The notes under the pieces were generated by a model. That model searched no databases, had not been told where the DNA came from, and saw nothing but the letters and a program-made list of their open reading frames with translations. Positions 34,544-43,171 of a stretch of 64,000 bases of DNA are shown piece after piece (positions within the stretch are counted from its first letter, which is position 1; each line of letters begins with the position of its first letter). Source of the DNA: Gemmatimonadales bacterium UBA2982 (GTDB lineage Bacteria; Gemmatimonadota; Gemmatimonadetes; Longimicrobiales; Gaopeijiaceae); contig DEAM01000027.1 of assembly GCA_002347035.1 (NCBI GenBank), positions 23,881 to 87,880 of the forward strand. The letters are read 5' to 3'. The translations under genes and the position numbers were made by a program.

Positions 34544-36451
34544 CTATCGATTAATTCCATTGGGAGCAGTTGGCTCGAGAATGCCTTGCTCAAGCCAACG
34601 ATAATCTCCATCCAACACGCCTTGAGCGAGCCGGTAGGCGTCTGCATCAGTAGCATCAAAAAGTCCCCTAAATAGGCTATCTACCCGCTGCCGAGACTGA
34701 CTGCAGAACAAGTCAGCCAGTTGTACAGGAGTCTCGTCTTCGGGAGCTATGTCAAGTTTCCCCTTTGCCTGGATGCAGGAAGCGCTCATCGCGTAGAGTT
34801 CGGCTGCGATGTCCACGAGCCGAAACAGTACCGCCTGATGACGCTCAAGCTTTGGGCCATACCAGGCCATCGCTAAGGCTGTGCTGCGAGCTAAGCGACG
34901 GGCTGAGCGGTCTACGAAGGCAACATGGCCTGCGAGTTCACCAAAATGTCTGTAGGAAGGTTTACGACTCCATCCAACGAGGTTACGCCCAACCCAGTTA
35001 GCCATATGGAACCCTAATCCGAAGGCATCTTTCACCTTGGCATCCAGCCTTGAGTCAGGATCGGCAACTGAGCCTGCCTTACGCAAATGAGGGTCCACAG
35101 CCTCTCTAGCGATGAATAGGCGCATGATCTCGGAAGAGCCCTCAAAGATCCGGTTGATACGCATCGAGCGCATCACTTGCTCAACCGGAATCGGCGCCTC
35201 ACCTCGGGCCTCAAGCGACTCGGCAGTTTCGTAGCCCCTCCCCCCACGAACCTGCATCGTGCGGTCTACGACCCTCCACCCGGTCTCTGAGTTCAATAGC
35301 TTGCCCATCGCCGCCTCAAGACGAATATCGAACTTACCAGAATCTGCAAGCGCGACCCCTAGGTCCGCGACCGCTTCCATAGCAAAGGTTTCCGAGGCGA
35401 TTGTGGCAACCATGTGCGCTACTGCCTCATGCTTACCTATTGGAGCTCCCCACTGGGCCCGGACTGAGGCCCACTCACGCACAACTTGCAAACACCACTT
35501 TCCAGTAGCGGCGCAGCTCACAGGTATCCCGAGGCGTCCGGTATTGAGAGTGACGAGGGCCAGTTTTAGTCCACGGCCCTCTTCCAAAAGCCGGTTTTCG
35601 ACAGGAATACTCACATTCTTAAACTGTACGACCCCGTTCTCAATCCCGGGAAGGCCCATAAAGGAACAGCGATTTGTGACTTCGACGCCCTCTGTAGCCA
35701 TATCCACAATGAAAGCCGTGATGCCCCCGGGCCCACCTTCTTCGCCTGGCACGCGAGCCATCACGACGAGCAGTTCGGCAAGCGGCGCATTCGTGCACCA
35801 CAGCTTAGACCCATTAAGCACGTACGTACAACCATCGTCACTGAGAACGGCTTCGCATTGCATACGAGCTGGGTCGCTACCCACATCAGTCTCTGTCAGT
35901 GCAAATCCAGAAATCGCTCCCTTAGCTAAACGCGGCAGATATTTTTCCTTTTGTTCATCCGTGCCGAATAGCACCAACGGTTGCGGTACTCCGATTGACT
36001 GATGTGCTGAAAGAGTCACGGATATCGTCGAACTGTGCGTGCCGCACAGTGCGAGAGCTCGGGTATACGTACGCTGAGAAAATCCGAGGCCCCCGAACTC
36101 CTGAGGAATCTTCATGCCGAACGCGCCTAGCTCCGAAAGAGCATCATGTACTTCCGCTGGCATCCCGGGCACCCTGTCTAGCTCGTCTCCATCTACGGTA
36201 CGGAGGTAGTCTTCAAGCCTACGAAGGAAATCTTCACCCCGTTCTCCGTCATCCTGCTTAGGTTCCGGGAGAGGGTTGATTAAATCCATTCTGAGGCGAC
36301 CTAAGAAAAGTTCGCGCACGAAGCTAGGCAGCTTCCATTCCTTCTCACGCGCAGCCTCGGCAACCTTTCTTGCCTCTCGTTCGGACACCTCCCGTTCTAG
36401 CGGAAGTACGGGATTCGACGTCCGGACCGTCTCTATTGTTGAGCTGTTCAT
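34544..36451 (-). CDS. acyl-CoA dehydrogenase family protein (long, about 635 aa form)
   Basis: ACAD N-, middle and C-domains (FALTETDVGSDPARM, KLWCTNA, QVRGGRGYETA, RINRIFEGSSEIM) plus a C-terminal extension. Confidence 0.9.
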   Translation of the reverse strand: MNSSTIETVRTSNPVLPLEREVSEREARKVAEAAREKEWKLPSFVRELFLGRLRMDLINPLPEPKQDDGERGEDFLRRLEDYLRTVDGDELDRVPGMPAEVHDALSELGAFGMKIPQEFGGLGFSQRTYTRALALCGTHSSTISVTLSAHQSIGVPQPLVLFGTDEQKEKYLPRLAKGAISGFALTETDVGSDPARMQCEAVLSDDGCTYVLNGSKLWCTNAPLAELLVVMARVPGEEGGPGGITAFIVDMATEGVEVTNRCSFMGLPGIENGVVQFKNVSIPVENRLLEEGRGLKLALVTLNTGRLGIPVSCAATGKWCLQVVREWASVRAQWGAPIGKHEAVAHMVATIASETFAMEAVADLGVALADSGKFDIRLEAAMGKLLNSETGWRVVDRTMQVRGGRGYETAESLEARGEAPIPVEQVMRSMRINRIFEGSSEIMRLFIAREAVDPHLRKAGSVADPDSRLDAKVKDAFGLGFHMANWVGRNLVGWSRKPSYRHFGELAGHVAFVDRSARRLARSTALAMAWYGPKLERHQAVLFRLVDIAAELYAMSASCIQAKGKLDIAPEDETPVQLADLFCSQSRQRVDSLFRGLFDATDADAYRLAQGVLDGDYRWLEQGILEPTAPNGINR

Positions 36452-36588
36452 TTCTGCCTGGCCTGTTCAGAGCTATGCGTTGTGACAGCACGGCTCCGAT
36501 AAGGTACGGCCCCGGTTCCTCCAAGCTACCTTGAACCCTAGCAAAACTATCCCCTAGTAAATGGCCACCTCTGTTGCAGTGCTCCGAT

Positions 36589-37452
36589 CTAGAGAGAATT
36601 CAGCCAATCATGGATCGCCCTACCTATTTCATTGGGCGAGTCTTCTTGAATAAAATGCCTACCTGCAACTGTAACTTCCTTTTGGTTTGGCCAACTCCGC
36701 GCGAACTCTCGTTGAGAACCCGTTAGGATGGAGCCAGGATCAGCATTGATGAACAGCTTTGGCACCTCACTCTCTGAAAGCCAATCCGCATACCCCTGAA
36801 CAGTCTCAACCATATGCGGTGGCTCCCCTTCGATAGGAATTTGACGTGGCCAAGTGAGAATTGGGCGTCGTGACTCCCCTGGTTTTACGTAGGGCCGCCG
36901 GTACTCTTCCATTTCTTCGCTTGTGAGATCTCGAATGATTGCACTCGGAAGAATCCGTTCTACGAAGACATTCTTAGTGAGTACTATCTCTTCACCCGCT
37001 TTTGAGCGCATAGCTTGAAAAATGTTACGGGCGGCTTCCGGCCACTCCATCCATGTAACGGGTCTCACAATGGCCTCCATATAAGCGATTCCCTTTATTG
37101 CATTGGGATTGCGACGCGCCCAGTCAAAGCCCAGTCCTGATCCCCAATCATGTGCCACTATCGTAAGACGACCGTTCACCCCCACTGTCTCGAGCCACTC
37201 GTCGAGGTACCTCCGATGATCCTCGAATTCGTATCGACCGTCTGGTGATGGTCCCGACCAGCCCATTCCGATTAAATCGGGGGCCAGGCAGCGTCCAAGT
37301 TCCTGGACGTGTGGAATCACGTTCCGCCACAGGTAAGACGACGTTGGGTTACCGTGAAGGAATAGGATGGGATCGCCACTTCCGACGTCGATATACGCCA
37401 TCTCAGAATCGAGCACAGAGATCATTTGTCGCTCGTACTCGGCCATCTTCAA
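36589..37452 (-). CDS. haloalkane dehalogenase, HLD-II (DhaA-like)
   Basis: LFLHGNPTSSYLWRN (halide-stabilising Asn), VAHDWGSGLGFDWA (nucleophile Asp + Trp), YMEAIVRP (catalytic Glu) and GRHFIQEDSP (catalytic His). Start is TTG 37452 or ATG 37446, which respectively overlaps or lies 2 nt from the upstream stop. Confidence 0.9.
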   Translation of the reverse strand: MKMAEYERQMISVLDSEMAYIDVGSGDPILFLHGNPTSSYLWRNVIPHVQELGRCLAPDLIGMGWSGPSPDGRYEFEDHRRYLDEWLETVGVNGRLTIVAHDWGSGLGFDWARRNPNAIKGIAYMEAIVRPVTWMEWPEAARNIFQAMRSKAGEEIVLTKNVFVERILPSAIIRDLTSEEMEEYRRPYVKPGESRRPILTWPRQIPIEGEPPHMVETVQGYADWLSESEVPKLFINADPGSILTGSQREFARSWPNQKEVTVAGRHFIQEDSPNEIGRAIHDWLNSL

Positions 37453-38453
37453 ACTTCGCTGAGCCGAACTACCATCTTACCCGTGTTCGCCCCAGTGAAG
37501 AGGCCGATGAGCGCGTCAGGGGACGACTCTATTCCTTCCATGACTGTCTCCCGGTACGTCAAGCGCCCACTTGCAAGCCACGAAGACATGTCGCGCATAA
37601 AGTCTTCTTGCATATCGCCGTAATGGCTAACAAGAAAGCCTCGGATACTTAACCCCAGCCCGATGGCTCGAGGTAGATTTGTGGGACCGGGAGTGGGTTC
37701 GGATGCATTGTACATTGAGATGGCCCCACAAAGTGCAATGCGCCCGAACTCACGCATTGAGCTGATAGCTGCTTGTAGCAGCACTCCACCGACATTGTCG
37801 AAGTACACGTCCAGCCCCTCAAAAGCCCCCTCACGTAAGTGTCCGCGCAGATCTCCATCGTGGTAATCGAACGCATAGTCGAAGCCAAGGTCATCTTTCA
37901 GATAGGCTACCTTCGCTGCGCTGCCTGCACACCCGATCACACGGCAACCTTTAATCTTCGCGATTTGACCAGCAGCACTTCCCACGGCCCCTGCTGCACC
38001 CGACACGAACACGGTCTCCCCTTCTCGAAGGCTCACTACCCCGAGTAGACCGGTATATGCCGTCATACCCGGCATTCCCATCACACCTAGGTAGGCCGAA
38101 GGTGGAGCTTCAAGCTCACCCAGTGGCTTCACTCGGTCGCCAGCACAACAAAATGCCTCACGCCACCCGAAACTGCTCAGCACGTAGTCGCCCTCGGAAA
38201 GGTCTTCAGATTCCGAGACCACTACTTGCCCAACGGCGCCTCCATCCATGGTCTTACCGATTTGAAATGGAGGCACATAGGATTTCCCATCCCGCATCCG
38301 GCCGCGCATATACGGATCGACACTCATGAACAGATTACGAATCACGACCTCACCTGATCTAGGATCCCCTGTCTCAGTCTCTACGATCTTGAAATCATCA
38401 CGCGACGGCATCCCATCCGGCCGACTTATTAACTGTACTTCACGACTTTTCAT
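37449..38453 (-). CDS. NADP-dependent oxidoreductase, MDR family (alkenal/enone reductase, YncB/CurA/PTGR-like)
   Basis: 334 aa with GMPGMTAYTGL and VSGAAGAVGSAAGQIAK. GGGAGG SD 6 nt upstream of the ATG. Confidence 0.9.
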   Translation of the reverse strand: MKSREVQLISRPDGMPSRDDFKIVETETGDPRSGEVVIRNLFMSVDPYMRGRMRDGKSYVPPFQIGKTMDGGAVGQVVVSESEDLSEGDYVLSSFGWREAFCCAGDRVKPLGELEAPPSAYLGVMGMPGMTAYTGLLGVVSLREGETVFVSGAAGAVGSAAGQIAKIKGCRVIGCAGSAAKVAYLKDDLGFDYAFDYHDGDLRGHLREGAFEGLDVYFDNVGGVLLQAAISSMREFGRIALCGAISMYNASEPTPGPTNLPRAIGLGLSIRGFLVSHYGDMQEDFMRDMSSWLASGRLTYRETVMEGIESSPDALIGLFTGANTGKMVVRLSEV

Positions 38454-38802
38454 CTGCTGCCTCCCTTGGTTTGACGTTACTACCCCCAGGGGACGTAATC
38501 ACTGTACCACTGAGAAGAACGTGAAATGCTAACAAAATGAATGATTGCAAAACCTTACGAGGCCCGTATCCTGCCACACTGACAGTATCGCCTGCCGTCT
38601 TGAAAAAGCTATGATGGTCTAGGCCTTACTTACCCTATTCCTGTGTTCAGGCAACTATGCAGGAGTAGGGTCGCGCTACCATATAGACTACGCTAGCAAG
38701 GCGAGTCCAAATAAGAGTTCGCCCAAAAGAGCAGGAAGAAGTTGGGCGATTAGCGCACGTGACTGGAATCGCAGCTCAGGACTTTGTGGTAATAACGGTT
38801 GC

Positions 38803-39681
38803 TCATTTCCATTGCTCGTGAGCAACACGCAGCCATTCTTCGGTGTCTGGCCCAGGCTCAGCAAATCCCCTTGCTGGGTTAGAGGCGATGATCTGATCGA
38901 TGGTACGCCCTTCTGCAATCAGATTCTTCACCCGGTCACGTATTGTCATTAGCATCGCACGATACTCTAGCAAGTCAGTTCGTGTAGAAAGTTGGCCATG
39001 TCCAGGAATAATGATCGTCTCTTCGTCGATGAGTCCAGCAAGCTCCCAACACGCATCGATCATGCCGTCGTGTGACCCTCCGTTACCAACGTCTATATAA
39101 GGGAGCCCATAACGCACGAACATGTCACCGGTGTGCACTACATTTGCATCACGGAAGTAATAGACTGCGTCACCATCTGTGTGAGCTGGTCCCAGGTGCA
39201 GAAGGTCAATGGTATTTCCGTTGTAGTGGAACTGCATTGACTCATCAAATGTAATCTTCGGAAGCCCGACCTCTTGATAGGGGGGCTGTGGGCGGTTACT
39301 CCCCGATAAAACTTGATGTGTCGCCATCCGCATACGAGCGTTGTTGTGTGCCACAATCAGGGCGCCCTGCCTACCGAAGTTCTCATTCCCATCCGTGTGG
39401 TCGTAGTGGAAATGGCTATTCGCGACGAACGAGACAGGCTTGTCAGTTAAACTCGCGATCGCAGCGACAATCTTGTCCGTCAAAGGGGCAAACTGGTCGT
39501 CTACAAGAAACGTACCGTCGTCACCTATAGAGACGCCGATATTACCGCCACTTCCTTGCAGCATGTACATATTATCCGTAACTGGAAATGTGCGGATTTG
39601 TATTTGGTCAAAGTTCTGCGACCAGCCCGTCACTGGAGTAATGGCAAGAAGAAGAAACAGGGTAGGAAACGTAAATCTCAT
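38803..39681 (-). CDS. secreted MBL-fold metallo-hydrolase
   Basis: HxHxDH motif NSHFHYDHTDGN, plus a later PGHG. The likely start MRFTFPTLFLLLAITPVTGWSQ (ATG 39681, GGAGAG upstream) gives a signal peptide. The ORF track extends to 39738. Confidence 0.85.
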   Translation of the reverse strand: MRFTFPTLFLLLAITPVTGWSQNFDQIQIRTFPVTDNMYMLQGSGGNIGVSIGDDGTFLVDDQFAPLTDKIVAAIASLTDKPVSFVANSHFHYDHTDGNENFGRQGALIVAHNNARMRMATHQVLSGSNRPQPPYQEVGLPKITFDESMQFHYNGNTIDLLHLGPAHTDGDAVYYFRDANVVHTGDMFVRYGLPYIDVGNGGSHDGMIDACWELAGLIDEETIIIPGHGQLSTRTDLLEYRAMLMTIRDRVKNLIAEGRTIDQIIASNPARGFAEPGPDTEEWLRVAHEQWK

Positions 39682-39806
39682 AGCGGGTCTCTCCAGCATG
39701 CGGCATGCTCTAACGGGACCGGTTATTCTCGCCTGCACTTCCAGCTAGCGCCAGCGCTCACGCAGCCCCGAGCGAAGCTGACTTACTCTCCCCTGACTAC
39801 GGAAGC

Positions 39807-40601
39807 TTACCGCCCAACGGGTGCCTTCCCTCGACTTGTCTCGACGAGAATCACTCCGTTTGCTGCCATCGGAAAAGCTGTCACGGCTGCTGCTCCCTTG
39901 AGTACACGAACACGCTCGACGGACTCTGCAGGTAGAAGATCAAGAACATGAAGACCCCTGGAGCTTCCCCTAGATAGCATCCTAAGACGAGGCGACGCAT
40001 TTACACCGGATATCCGCACTCCGTCAAGATACACATCTGGAGCCTGATCCGACTGAAACGAGCTAGATCCCCGAATATGAAGGGTCGCACCGGTCCCCAA
40101 AGCTCCACCTCTCGTCACGATAACACCCGGAACCTGATCTTCAATTAGATCCATTACGCTCCTCCAGGATTCCTCTTCTCCAGTAAGTGCTACATCACCA
40201 CCAGAGGAAGCTGCTGGGCGCGGTCGCCTTCCCGCGATAACGAGGATCTCATCAAGCACGGCCTCAACCCGATCAAGTCGAACTTGAAGGAAGTCGGCAG
40301 CGAGAAGCTGCAGGTCTTCGACCACACCTACGTAGCCGTCAGCTTCGAATTTCACTGCCAGACCACCCAATGGCACCTCTTCTAATAAAAATTGGCCGGT
40401 GTCGGAGGTGACCACCTCTATCCCATAAGCTGGCACACTTACCTTTGCGCCTTCTAGCGGCCCTCCTAGGGTAGCGTCCACTACTATACCGGTCAGGAAG
40501 CCGGTGTCTTGAGCAACTAGAGATGTAGCTCCCAGTGCGAGTGCTGCAGCTGTGGCACAAAAAAGCTCACCCACACGTTGAGATCTAGAGAAATTCATCA
40601 C
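39807..40601 (-). CDS. CarboxypepD_reg-like + TonB-dependent-receptor Plug domain protein lacking a beta-barrel
   Basis: Signal peptide, then GIVVDATLGGPLEGAKVSV (carboxypeptidase-regulatory-like fold). Plug motifs follow (IVTRGGALGTGATLHIRGSSSF, PDVYLDGVRI, VERVRVLKGAAAVTAFPMAANGVILVETSRG), then a stop. Confidence 0.75.
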   Translation of the reverse strand: MMNFSRSQRVGELFCATAAALALGATSLVAQDTGFLTGIVVDATLGGPLEGAKVSVPAYGIEVVTSDTGQFLLEEVPLGGLAVKFEADGYVGVVEDLQLLAADFLQVRLDRVEAVLDEILVIAGRRPRPAASSGGDVALTGEEESWRSVMDLIEDQVPGVIVTRGGALGTGATLHIRGSSSFQSDQAPDVYLDGVRISGVNASPRLRMLSRGSSRGLHVLDLLPAESVERVRVLKGAAAVTAFPMAANGVILVETSRGKAPVGR

Positions 40602-40609
40602 GTCGCATG

Positions 40610-40984
40610 TCAGCGTCCAATCATAATGACATAGTTCAGGTGATCTCCAGGCCAGACATCGACATTACCCGAGCGCTGTCCCCCTCTACCCACAAAGTCG
40701 ACACCAATCTGCACACGCTCTGACCGCCATTTCATGCGGAATGTTCTCGATGTCTTCCCGGTCACAAAACCGACACGGTCCCTCACGCCGTCCCAGAACG
40801 CAAAGATGTTAGCATCCCGAAAGTCGTTGTTCTCGACTGTGAGAAGAACCTCTTCACTCTGCTCTGGCCCGGAGGCCACAAAGGGATCTTCCACTCCCTC
40901 GTTTTGTCCAGTTTGACAAGAACTGAAAAAGACAGCGACTAACAGGATGATTAGTGTGGCCTCTATTCTGGGTAGATAAACCAT
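40610..40984 (-). CDS. hypothetical small lipoprotein
   Basis: MVYLPRIEATLIILLVAVFFSSC carries a lipobox. The ORF track starts at GTG 41014. Its stop is 9 nt before the plug-only gene. Confidence 0.55.
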   Translation of the reverse strand: MVYLPRIEATLIILLVAVFFSSCQTGQNEGVEDPFVASGPEQSEEVLLTVENNDFRDANIFAFWDGVRDRVGFVTGKTSRTFRMKWRSERVQIGVDFVGRGGQRSGNVDVWPGDHLNYVIMIGR

Positions 40985-41079
40985 TGCCAACTCAACCCCT
41001 AAACGCAGATGCACGTATTACCTCTACCCCCAATAGCCCCTTAGGAGCCTCTGAATAGAGCCCTCCCTACACGGGACAC

Positions 41080-42075
41080 TTAACGCCGACTCATAACTAG
41101 GTTTGGACACGTTTTTGCGAGAAGATCAACGTCATGAGAGTGCACCGTGCGCGTGTCAACCGATCCTTCGCCATGTGAACTATTCATCACCGCTGACGGG
41201 TTAGGGCCGTGAGGCAGACCCAATGCATGGCCCAACTCATGCGCCAGGACAAGTTGAAGTTCCTCTGTATCTTCGAAACGATAGACCCTGACCTCCCGGC
41301 TCACAGAAATGACCCCTGCAGCTCCCCTGTGTACTGCCTCCCTATATACGCCAGACTCAACTGCAACCGGAGGAAAGTCCCGTGCGATCGCTTCAACCCG
41401 ACGCTCATGCTCGCGAAAATCCCGGTTGAGTCGCTGCGCCCCCTCCTGGACGATCAGCATCTCTTCTTCCTGCGCACGCTTCTGAGATTCCAGTTGCCTA
41501 AGCTTGGTCTGGAGTGCTTCGGCAGCCATGCCTAACTCACGTTCTACTCCTGAAGGTGCTCCTCCACGCTGATTCCAGCGGCGAACCTCAGCATTATGGA
41601 CTTTAACCTGCTCCTCGTATTCTCTAGTCTGCTCGGAGTGCTGTAACTGCTCTTCTCGTAGTCTCTCTAATTGGCTTGATATCTCGGAATCTCGAACTAT
41701 CAGTCCACTCCTCTCATGAGCGATTTCCTCCTGACGTCGGACTCTTTCTTGAGTGCGCTCCTGCCTTTCATCGAAAATAAATCGAATTGGAAATCCATCG
41801 CTCTCATCTAACCTGAACAGTTCACGGCCGGAAACGTCCTCCCAAAGATCAACGGCACGCTGAACAGCTTGCACAGCTTCTGGAACTGTAAACCCGAACT
41901 CCCGATCAATCCTGGCGATCCTCCATGAAAGCGGTGCCGTACAGGGGACCAGTGAAGCTCCTTCGGGACCCTGAGCTATAGCTCCAGGAACACTCCACCC
42001 CGCAGAAACAATGAGAGACAGAATTGTCCCGTTCATTAGTAATCGGGTCGACAAAGTGCTTGCCTCCTTCCACAC
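41080..42075 (-). CDS. matrixin-like (M10) zinc metalloprotease with internal coiled-coil insertion
   Basis: Zinc motif HELGHALGLPH (HExxHxxGxxH) followed by a Met-turn-like SAVMNSS. N-terminal matrixin-like strands and helix (LSWRIARID, AVQRAVDLWEDVS, FPIRFIF). About 130 charged helical residues lie in between. Confidence 0.75.
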   Translation of the reverse strand: MWKEASTLSTRLLMNGTILSLIVSAGWSVPGAIAQGPEGASLVPCTAPLSWRIARIDREFGFTVPEAVQAVQRAVDLWEDVSGRELFRLDESDGFPIRFIFDERQERTQERVRRQEEIAHERSGLIVRDSEISSQLERLREEQLQHSEQTREYEEQVKVHNAEVRRWNQRGGAPSGVERELGMAAEALQTKLRQLESQKRAQEEEMLIVQEGAQRLNRDFREHERRVEAIARDFPPVAVESGVYREAVHRGAAGVISVSREVRVYRFEDTEELQLVLAHELGHALGLPHGPNPSAVMNSSHGEGSVDTRTVHSHDVDLLAKTCPNLVMSRR

Positions 42076-42267
42076 GGCACGGGTGCCCCGCGAAGATCGA
42101 AACGTATCTTCTGCTAAGTACCAGTGATAGACCTCAAGAAGGCTGCTCTACCTGGTTGTGTCAGTCAGGACCACCCAAGTATGCTATACACTCAGCTGGA
42201 CCAAGGTCCCATCATCCGCTTGGGAGTCACCTGCCATGGGTCAGTACGCATCTAGCCTAACGCTCCG

Positions 42268-43164
42268 ATGAAGGGACCTGAGGCAGAGAATTTATCTCTA
42301 ATGCCGTCACCCAGTGCGAACGAGCAATTTCACAGGAAATGGGAGGCTTATTGGGGGTGGTCAACCGCCGTAGCCATCGTTGCTCACTTGGCGATGTTCG
42401 CCCTCTCTCCTACTTGGAATACAGAGATCGAGGAAGAGATACCGGCGTCCTGGGAAGGCAGCCGTCTTCTTGCGCTCCCGTTCTTTGGACAAGCCCCTAG
42501 CCTCAGGCAAGCTCCCGCTACTCCTTTGTCACTCGCGCAGGGTGCAGACGAAGACCAGACCGAACCCATCACTCAAGAGGGGTCGACAGCAACCAGCCTC
42601 GACCGTGGCGACCTATGGGACGCAGTCGGCGAAAGACTCAAGAGTGGTGGGCGCCTAACACCCTCAATAGCTGAGCCTGACATAGAACCTGCGGAGGAGT
42701 CAGCTTCAGAAGATACTGTTTCTGAACAGGACAACAGTGGAGTTGTAAATGGCGGCCACACTGAGATCGGTGGCAGACATGCTTCTACGACTGATCTTAT
42801 AATCACTGAACTGCAGGACTCTCTCCGCTTGGACCGGCTTTCAGCACTGCGTCCCGACTTGGCTTTCATGGCCGCATCTGCGTGGGTGTTAATTCGTAAT
42901 CCTATTGAGGTGGAAAACTTCATGGGTCGCGGATACCGAGAAGGGTCACTGGATCCATCAATTCATGGAACAGTGAGTGTCACTTTATGGATTGACCGGG
43001 GTGGCTCAGTCGAATGGGCGGAGGTAGTTGAGTCCAGTGGCACACGTGACCTCGATGAGTACGCACTCGAATTGTTTAATGAAGTGGCAGAGTTTCGGCC
43101 TGCCCGGGAGCGTGGAGTGACTATCTCTAGATCTGTCACACTCCTCGTCCAGTTCCCTTGGTAA
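42268..43164 (+). CDS. TonB family energy-transducer protein
   Basis: N-terminal TM anchor (WSTAVAIVAHLAMFAL), an acidic/Pro-rich linker and a TonB_C-like end (GTVSVTLWIDRGGSVEWAEVVESSGTRDLDEYALELF...FRPA). Confidence 0.75.
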   Translation: MKGPEAENLSLMPSPSANEQFHRKWEAYWGWSTAVAIVAHLAMFALSPTWNTEIEEEIPASWEGSRLLALPFFGQAPSLRQAPATPLSLAQGADEDQTEPITQEGSTATSLDRGDLWDAVGERLKSGGRLTPSIAEPDIEPAEESASEDTVSEQDNSGVVNGGHTEIGGRHASTTDLIITELQDSLRLDRLSALRPDLAFMAASAWVLIRNPIEVENFMGRGYREGSLDPSIHGTVSVTLWIDRGGSVEWAEVVESSGTRDLDEYALELFNEVAEFRPARERGVTISRSVTLLVQFPW

Positions 43165-43171
43165 GCGTCGC

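Noticed and set aside
35259-36002. 247-aa plus-strand ORF antisense to the acyl-CoA dehydrogenase gene
   Set aside because: Its S/T/P/R/A-rich, low-complexity translation is typical of antisense frames in GC-rich genes. The opposite strand encodes a full-length protein with clear ACAD motifs.
42024-42260. 78-aa ORF in the divergent region between the matrixin and tonB genes
   Set aside because: It overlaps the matrixin 5' end, is Cys/Ser/Pro/His-rich and has no RBS. The region is better explained as a shared promoter region.
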